This document shows, piece after piece, positions 7,354 through 12,366 of a stretch of DNA of 12,366 nucleotides. The notes below the pieces were generated by a model. The model searched no databases and was not told where the DNA came from. It saw nothing but the letters and a program-made list of their open reading frames with translations. The stretch's first letter is position 1. Each line of letters opens with the position of its first letter. The DNA is taken from assembly GCA_048885925.1 (NCBI GenBank), contig JBHLLG010000082.1, positions 1 to 12,366 of the forward strand, written 5' to 3'. The DNA is from Candidatus Hermodarchaeota archaeon (GTDB lineage: Archaea; Asgardarchaeota; Lokiarchaeia; Sigyniarchaeales; SOKP01). Made by a program: the position numbers and the translations under genes.

Positions 7354-9045
7354 TTATCCGCTTTTCTCCTTTTCTGCTTTTTTAGCTTCTTTATCTCTAA
7401 TTACACGCCTTAGAACTTTTCCAACAGCACTTTTTGGTAAAGAACGAACAAACTTTACTGTTCTTGGATATTTATATGCTGCCATATTTTGCTTAGACCA
7501 TTCAATTATCTCTTGTTCTGTGATTTTTCCTTTATATTCACTTTTAAGAATGATATGTGCCATAATATTTTCCCCTCTTTCTGGATCTTTAATGCCAAAT
7601 ACAGCACATTCTTGAATTGCTGGGTGTTCATATAAAACTTCCTCAATTTCTCTTGGATAAACGCTATGACCTTTATATTTTATCATATCTTTTACCCGGT
7701 CGATTAAAAAAATATAACCCTCTTCATCCATCTTTGCATAATCCCCTGTTCTTAGCCATCTATGACCCCCAGCTTCAAAAAACACCTTTTCATTCTCTTC
7801 AGGTCTATTGTGATATCCCATCATAACCTGTGGACCTGCTACAACTAATTCTCCAGGTTCACCAATCGGTAAGAAATTAAAATTTTCATCAATTGTCCCA
7901 CATAAAGTACTGGCAATAGGAACACCGCAACTTCCGAGCTTCTTTTTAGCCCAAGGAGGACTATTTGTAACAACTGGACTTGTTTCACTGAGTCCATAAC
8001 CTTCACCTAACGGAAATCCTGTCTTTTTTTCCCATTCTTTGGCAATCTCGATTGGCATTGCTGATGCTCCTACATTTGCATACTTAAGGCAAGAAAAGTC
8101 TACCTCCTTACTTAATGGAGAATTCAATAAATTAATAAACATAGTTGGCACTCCTAGCATGGTATTTGGTTTTTTTTCTTTAATTGTTTCAATAATCCGA
8201 GGAATATCAAATGTAGGAAATATGAATCCTTTTCCTCCTGTAAATGGACCTTGTACAAGTTCACATGTTTGTCCATAAATATGATACCATGGAAGAATAC
8301 ATATATCTTTTAGATCTCCCTTGATGTAAACTTCCTTTGCATAATCTGATAGTTGTTTTATTTGTAATATATTTGCGAGAATATTATAATGAGACAAGCA
8401 AGCTCCTTTAGGATCCCCTGTTGTACCACCAGTATATTGAATAACTGCGATATCTTCTTTAGGATTGACATTTACATTGAAATCTATAAGTGATTCTGGA
8501 TTTTCCTCTAATATTGTATTGAAATGTATAATCTTGGCGCTTTCAGGTACATCTGGAACTTCGCCAGCAACATTAACAATTATAACTTTCTCCAATGAAA
8601 GTTGATCTTCTAGTCTTTCAAATTCTTTTATGAACCTATCGATCATAATTAAATATTTTGCACCAGAGTCTTTAATTTGGTAGGCCATTTCTCGTCCTAC
8701 AAATAGAGGGCTAATAGCAGTTAATGTTGCTCCAAGACCTAAGGTAGCAAAATAACAAATACTAAAATGAGGACAATTCGGTAACCATAATGATACCACA
8801 TCTCCCTTCTTTAAACCTAATTTCAGAAGCCCATTTGCAAATCTTCTTGTTAAGTTATCCATCTCTTTGAATGTAAACTCTCTACCAAAATAGTCTAAAG
8901 CTATTTTATCCTTATAGTCTTTAGCACCTTTTTCAAATAAATTAATTAAAGATTGATAATCTTCTGGAATATCGATTTCTAACGTCATTCCGTCTGGTAA
9001 GTGATCTTTCCAAATTCTATTTTTTATATAATCTGGTAGTTCCAT
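7354..9045 (-). CDS. fadD: Long-chain fatty-acid--CoA ligase (AMP-forming, FadD-like)
   Basis: QYTGGTTGDPKG P-loop, GEGYGLSETSP, WLRTGD, DRVKDMIKYKG..VYPREIEE and LPKSAVGKVLRR. Substrate chain length cannot be determined from sequence. Confidence 0.88.
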   Translation of the reverse strand: MELPDYIKNRIWKDHLPDGMTLEIDIPEDYQSLINLFEKGAKDYKDKIALDYFGREFTFKEMDNLTRRFANGLLKLGLKKGDVVSLWLPNCPHFSICYFATLGLGATLTAISPLFVGREMAYQIKDSGAKYLIMIDRFIKEFERLEDQLSLEKVIIVNVAGEVPDVPESAKIIHFNTILEENPESLIDFNVNVNPKEDIAVIQYTGGTTGDPKGACLSHYNILANILQIKQLSDYAKEVYIKGDLKDICILPWYHIYGQTCELVQGPFTGGKGFIFPTFDIPRIIETIKEKKPNTMLGVPTMFINLLNSPLSKEVDFSCLKYANVGASAMPIEIAKEWEKKTGFPLGEGYGLSETSPVVTNSPPWAKKKLGSCGVPIASTLCGTIDENFNFLPIGEPGELVVAGPQVMMGYHNRPEENEKVFFEAGGHRWLRTGDYAKMDEEGYIFLIDRVKDMIKYKGHSVYPREIEEVLYEHPAIQECAVFGIKDPERGENIMAHIILKSEYKGKITEQEIIEWSKQNMAAYKYPRTVKFVRSLPKSAVGKVLRRVIRDKEAKKAEKEKSG

Positions 9046-9219
9046 AATTAAAACCCCTTTTAAAATATTAATTTATTAATGAATTTAATATTAACTTTAA
9101 AATTTTTATTTCTTCAAATCTTAGAATTAACTTTACAAATCATTTTTTAATGATTTAGAATTATAAAATCAAGAATCTCTGAAAAACTCAAAAAATTAAT
9201 TCTAATATAAAATTATAGG

Positions 9220-10842
9220 TTGATGATTTTGAAATTGCAAAATGAATTAGGTGTTCCAGTTCCTGCAAATAAACCCTTAGTAATGAGAACTATAAAACAT
9301 GTAACAAAAGAACAACGCGAATATGCACTTGAGAAAACAGAATATAATATGTTTTCCTTTCCAGCTGACTTATTGTTTGTAGATTTCTTATCAGACTCTG
9401 GCTCTGGTACAATGACTGATTTTCAATGGGCTGCATTATTTCATGGAGATGAATCCTATGCCAGGAATAAAGGATATTATGTTCTCTTGGATGCAATCAG
9501 GGACACATTCGAGAGAGGTAATAGTCCAAAACGAACGATTAATTTAATTCTTTCGGGAGAAACAAATATAGATAAACTAATGGATGAGCTTTATCTAACT
9601 TCATATAAAGGTGGTTTTGTAAATGGAGGCGTTCACCAGTTGACCCGTCCAAACGCGTTCATAGTTCCACAAGGCAGATGTGCAGAATATCTCCTTTTCT
9701 CAACTATATCCCCTATTTTAAAACAAAATAATCCTGATACAAATTATTATATCCCAAATAATGGGCATTTTGACACAACTGAAGCAAATATTGCTGCTAA
9801 TGGTATCATCCCCATAAATTTATATTCAGCAAATTTATTAGATGATTTTCTTTATAGTGAGATGGATAATTATAATCCCTTTAAGGGTAATATGGACGTA
9901 GTTAGATTAGAACAGCTAATCCAAGAGAAAGGGGTGGATTCAATCCCACTAATTTATATTACGATTACTAATAACACTGCCGCAGGACAACCTGTTGCTA
10001 TGAGTAACATTAAATCAGTTCACAAAATTGCAGAAAAATATGGGATTCCTTTATTTTTCGATGCGTGCAGATTTGCTGAAAATGCTCACTTTATTCAAGA
10101 ATTTGAAGACGGATTTCAAAATCGTACTATCCCAAAGATTGTTCAGGAAATGTTTTCATATGTAGATGGATTCACAATAAGCTTCAAAAAAGATGGTCTT
10201 GCTAATATGGGCGGCGGTTTGTTCTTTAGGGATAAAGGTTTGTTCCATGAAAAGTTCTCTATAGAAGAAGATATTGGAATTCGATTGAAAGAAAAGCAGA
10301 TATTAACATTTGGAAATGATTCCTATGGTGGAATGTCTGGAAGAGATATTATGGCACTAGCAGCAGGATTATATGAAATTATACAGGAAAATTATTTGAA
10401 TGAGCGAAAGACGCAAATTAGAGAATTTGCGAGGAAACTGGCTCAAAATGGTATTCCTGTTATTCTTCCCGCAGGGGGGCATGCAGTTTATCTAAACATG
10501 GATAAATTTTTTGAAGGTACCGATATGAAAATAGAAGATTTTGGAGGAGTAGGATTTACTATAGAACTCTTAAGACATTATGGCATACGCGCATGCGAAT
10601 TAGGACCATTTGCCTTTGAATGGGATAAAAAAGCTCCTGAACAACGGAAAGGAATACTGAATTTAGTTCGTTTTGCGGTTCCAAGGAATATGTATGGAAC
10701 AACTCATATCGATTACACTATAGCTGCCATAACCGAACTCTATAAGAATAAAGATAAAATACCAAAAGTGAAGATTTCTCGAGGAGCTGAATTACGATTA
10801 CGACACTTTCAAACAGGACTTCAACCAATTTATAGAAAGTAA
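9220..10842 (+). CDS. tnaA: Tryptophanase (tryptophan indole-lyase), PLP beta-eliminating lyase, long form
   Basis: DFLSDSG, GDESYA, QGRCAE, FKGNMD, TNNTAAGQPV, DACRFAENA, SFKKD (PLP Lys324) and YGGMSGRD. FDTT, LRHF and GIRACELG (no Arg at the TPL R381 position) favour tryptophanase over tyrosine phenol-lyase. The start may be ATG 9223. Confidence 0.85.
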   Translation: MMILKLQNELGVPVPANKPLVMRTIKHVTKEQREYALEKTEYNMFSFPADLLFVDFLSDSGSGTMTDFQWAALFHGDESYARNKGYYVLLDAIRDTFERGNSPKRTINLILSGETNIDKLMDELYLTSYKGGFVNGGVHQLTRPNAFIVPQGRCAEYLLFSTISPILKQNNPDTNYYIPNNGHFDTTEANIAANGIIPINLYSANLLDDFLYSEMDNYNPFKGNMDVVRLEQLIQEKGVDSIPLIYITITNNTAAGQPVAMSNIKSVHKIAEKYGIPLFFDACRFAENAHFIQEFEDGFQNRTIPKIVQEMFSYVDGFTISFKKDGLANMGGGLFFRDKGLFHEKFSIEEDIGIRLKEKQILTFGNDSYGGMSGRDIMALAAGLYEIIQENYLNERKTQIREFARKLAQNGIPVILPAGGHAVYLNMDKFFEGTDMKIEDFGGVGFTIELLRHYGIRACELGPFAFEWDKKAPEQRKGILNLVRFAVPRNMYGTTHIDYTIAAITELYKNKDKIPKVKISRGAELRLRHFQTGLQPIYRK

Positions 10843-10970
10843 AACATTTTTTATAAAAATAATATAATAATTTAAAATCAGAGTTGACAGAGTGTAACCT
10901 ATTGATTTAACTACAACCAAATTACTTCATTTTAAATTAAAAAATTATAGAAAATTGAAATAAAAAAAAT

Positions 10971-11282
10971 CTAAATATCTAACATTCGTAATTTTTGCGA
11001 AATATCCTTTCTTCTGAGGATTTTCATGAAATCGTCTTTTTTCTGCTGAAGGCGAGTTAGAAATGAATCAAGTTTATCAAAATTATTAAAGAAATACTCA
11101 TTATTCTCAACCATGATTTTCACTCCCTTCCTATCGTTTTGAAGAATTGCATAAATTCCTCCCACTTCCAAATCATGCTTTATAAATACTTTCTCTGCAT
11201 TAGGATACTTCTCATTTCCTTTTTTTGCCCAAAAGTTATTTTTTAACAAATAAGATCGATACATACTCATACTTCCACACAC
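10971..11282 (-). CDS. Small hypothetical protein (~97-103 aa)
   Basis: Non-overlapping ORF with plausible composition and a GAGG element at 11285-11288. The true start may be ATG 11270. No family recognised. Confidence 0.6.
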   Translation of the reverse strand: MCGSMSMYRSYLLKNNFWAKKGNEKYPNAEKVFIKHDLEVGGIYAILQNDRKGVKIMVENNEYFFNNFDKLDSFLTRLQQKKDDFMKILRRKDISQKLRMLDI

Positions 11283-11699
11283 AACCTCTTTTTGCTAATG
11301 ATGATAAGTCATCGAGATATACCTAATAATATACTCGTTATGACCATCAACATGTAGTTCCTAGTAATATAAAATTCAAATTAATTATATTATCGTGTAA
11401 TATCCAAGGAACATATCACCGAGATATTATATAACTTTAATTCTATACTACCCAAGAAACATAGTCACTAAAAGCCCTTATAAATCATAAAGTAAAAAGC
11501 CCAGAACTATTTACTATAAAAAATTTACTTGGGGTTAAACACAAAAAATTTCAAGTGCATATTTACAAGTATTTTTCATTTATTCTTTTATAACATCATC
11601 AAACTACTTCATAAGTTTTTCTTAACATCATACGCTGCTTTCCCACCTTTATCTTTCAAAACAAGACATAATTTAATGTAGGTTTATTCATAATCCTTA

Positions 11700-11742
11700 G
11701 CATGATTTTTAGTTCTAATTATTATTTGATGAAAAATCATGC
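11700..11742. repeat. Perfect 11-bp inverted repeat GCATGATTTTT-N21-AAAAATCATGC
   Basis: Arms 11700-11710 and 11732-11742 are exact reverse complements. Confidence 0.7.
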
Positions 11743-11814
11743 AAAAATTGCGATTATCTTTAAGAATAATTAATAATAATCTACTTATATTTTATCTAAA
11801 AATAAATAAAATTC

Positions 11815-12363
11815 GTGAAAATAATGAAAGTTAGTAAAATTCTAATTCTTTTAGGTGCTCTGATAACCCTTTTTTCCACATTTTTCTTATCTTTTGCTCA
11901 AACAAATGGTCTTGATGGGCGTACCTATGCTTCAGGTATTGGATTTCTATTTAATCTTCCAAGTATAATAAGCGATGTATCATACTGGGAAGCATTTAAC
12001 GGTGGAGAAGTAGGGGTAATATACATTGTTTCAATTGTTTTTATCGTTTTCTTACTTGCTGGAATAATACAATTAGTAGGACTAATAAATAAATATGTTG
12101 CATTGATTGGCTCAATCATAGTAATTGGTGTAAGCATCGCAATTATATTAGCAATTACGGTTAATATTTCAGGTTGGGATATGAGTGTTTACTCAACTTT
12201 GCTTTGGTCAACACCTATTGCAGATGGTATTTGGCCCCTCGACGTACCTGTGGTGGAAACATCTGGTCTTTTTTATCAGAATCTTTCCTTAGGGACTATC
12301 ACCTTAATAATTGGTGGTGGTTTGGGTTTTACCGGAGGAATACTAAATTTTAAGGATTTATAA
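11815..12363 (+). CDS. Hypothetical four-TM membrane protein
   Basis: Four hydrophobic segments (aa ~9-28, 66-91, 96-117, 158-177) and a Gly-rich last helix GTITLIIGGGLGFTGG. The start is probably ATG 11824. Confidence 0.8.
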   Translation: MKIMKVSKILILLGALITLFSTFFLSFAQTNGLDGRTYASGIGFLFNLPSIISDVSYWEAFNGGEVGVIYIVSIVFIVFLLAGIIQLVGLINKYVALIGSIIVIGVSIAIILAITVNISGWDMSVYSTLLWSTPIADGIWPLDVPVVETSGLFYQNLSLGTITLIIGGGLGFTGGILNFKDL

Positions 12364-12366
12364 ATT

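Noticed and set aside
7617-8278. Plus-strand ORFs 7617-7826 and 8039-8278
   Set aside because: Antisense shadows inside fadD.
9290-9496. 68 aa minus-strand ORF
   Set aside because: Antisense inside tnaA.
9220-10842. Calling the lyase tyrosine phenol-lyase
   Set aside because: It has FDTT and LRHF rather than FTTT and LRFF, and lacks the TPL Arg in the GxRxxERG motif.
10875-10908. Imperfect hairpin between tnaA and the convergent hypothetical gene
   Set aside because: Bulged, weak stem; not enough to call a terminator or ncRNA.
11401-11468. Mini-CRISPR interpretation of the 48-bp-offset repeat pair
   Set aside because: Only two degenerate 20-bp copies, the period is short, and no cas genes are in the window.
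11602-11691. Possible frameshifted gene relic on the minus strand (MNKPTLNYVL / LKDKGGKAAYDVKKNL)
   Set aside because: About 30 codons over two frames with no recognisable family; a tblastx search would be needed to support a pseudogene call.
11925-12137. 70 aa minus-strand ORF
   Set aside because: Antisense shadow of the hydrophobic 4-TM gene.

Overview
AT-rich window (roughly 30% GC by eye), most likely from an Asgard archaeon of the Lokiarchaeia type. This origin is inferred from a Rab-like small GTPase, archaeal TATA-like promoters and the protein families present; no marker gene is in the window. It holds ten probable CDSs: a truncated DUF998-like membrane protein missed by the ORF track, an orphan CheR-type methyltransferase with a large insertion, a Rab-like GTPase fused to a ribbon-helix-helix (RHH) domain, a HypD-type glycyl radical enzyme with no adjacent activase, DUF169, an HTH/Cys-rich polyferredoxin, a long-chain acyl-CoA ligase, a long-form tryptophanase, a small hypothetical protein and a 4-TM protein. 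The best candidate for an undescribed system is 1727-2608: a Rab-fold protein with degenerate switch motifs fused to an RHH DNA-binding domain, whose upstream region carries two GTAC-N7-GTAC sites flanking TATA boxes. This suggests an autoregulated small-GTPase-fold transcription factor. No RNA genes, CRISPR arrays or mobile elements were seen.
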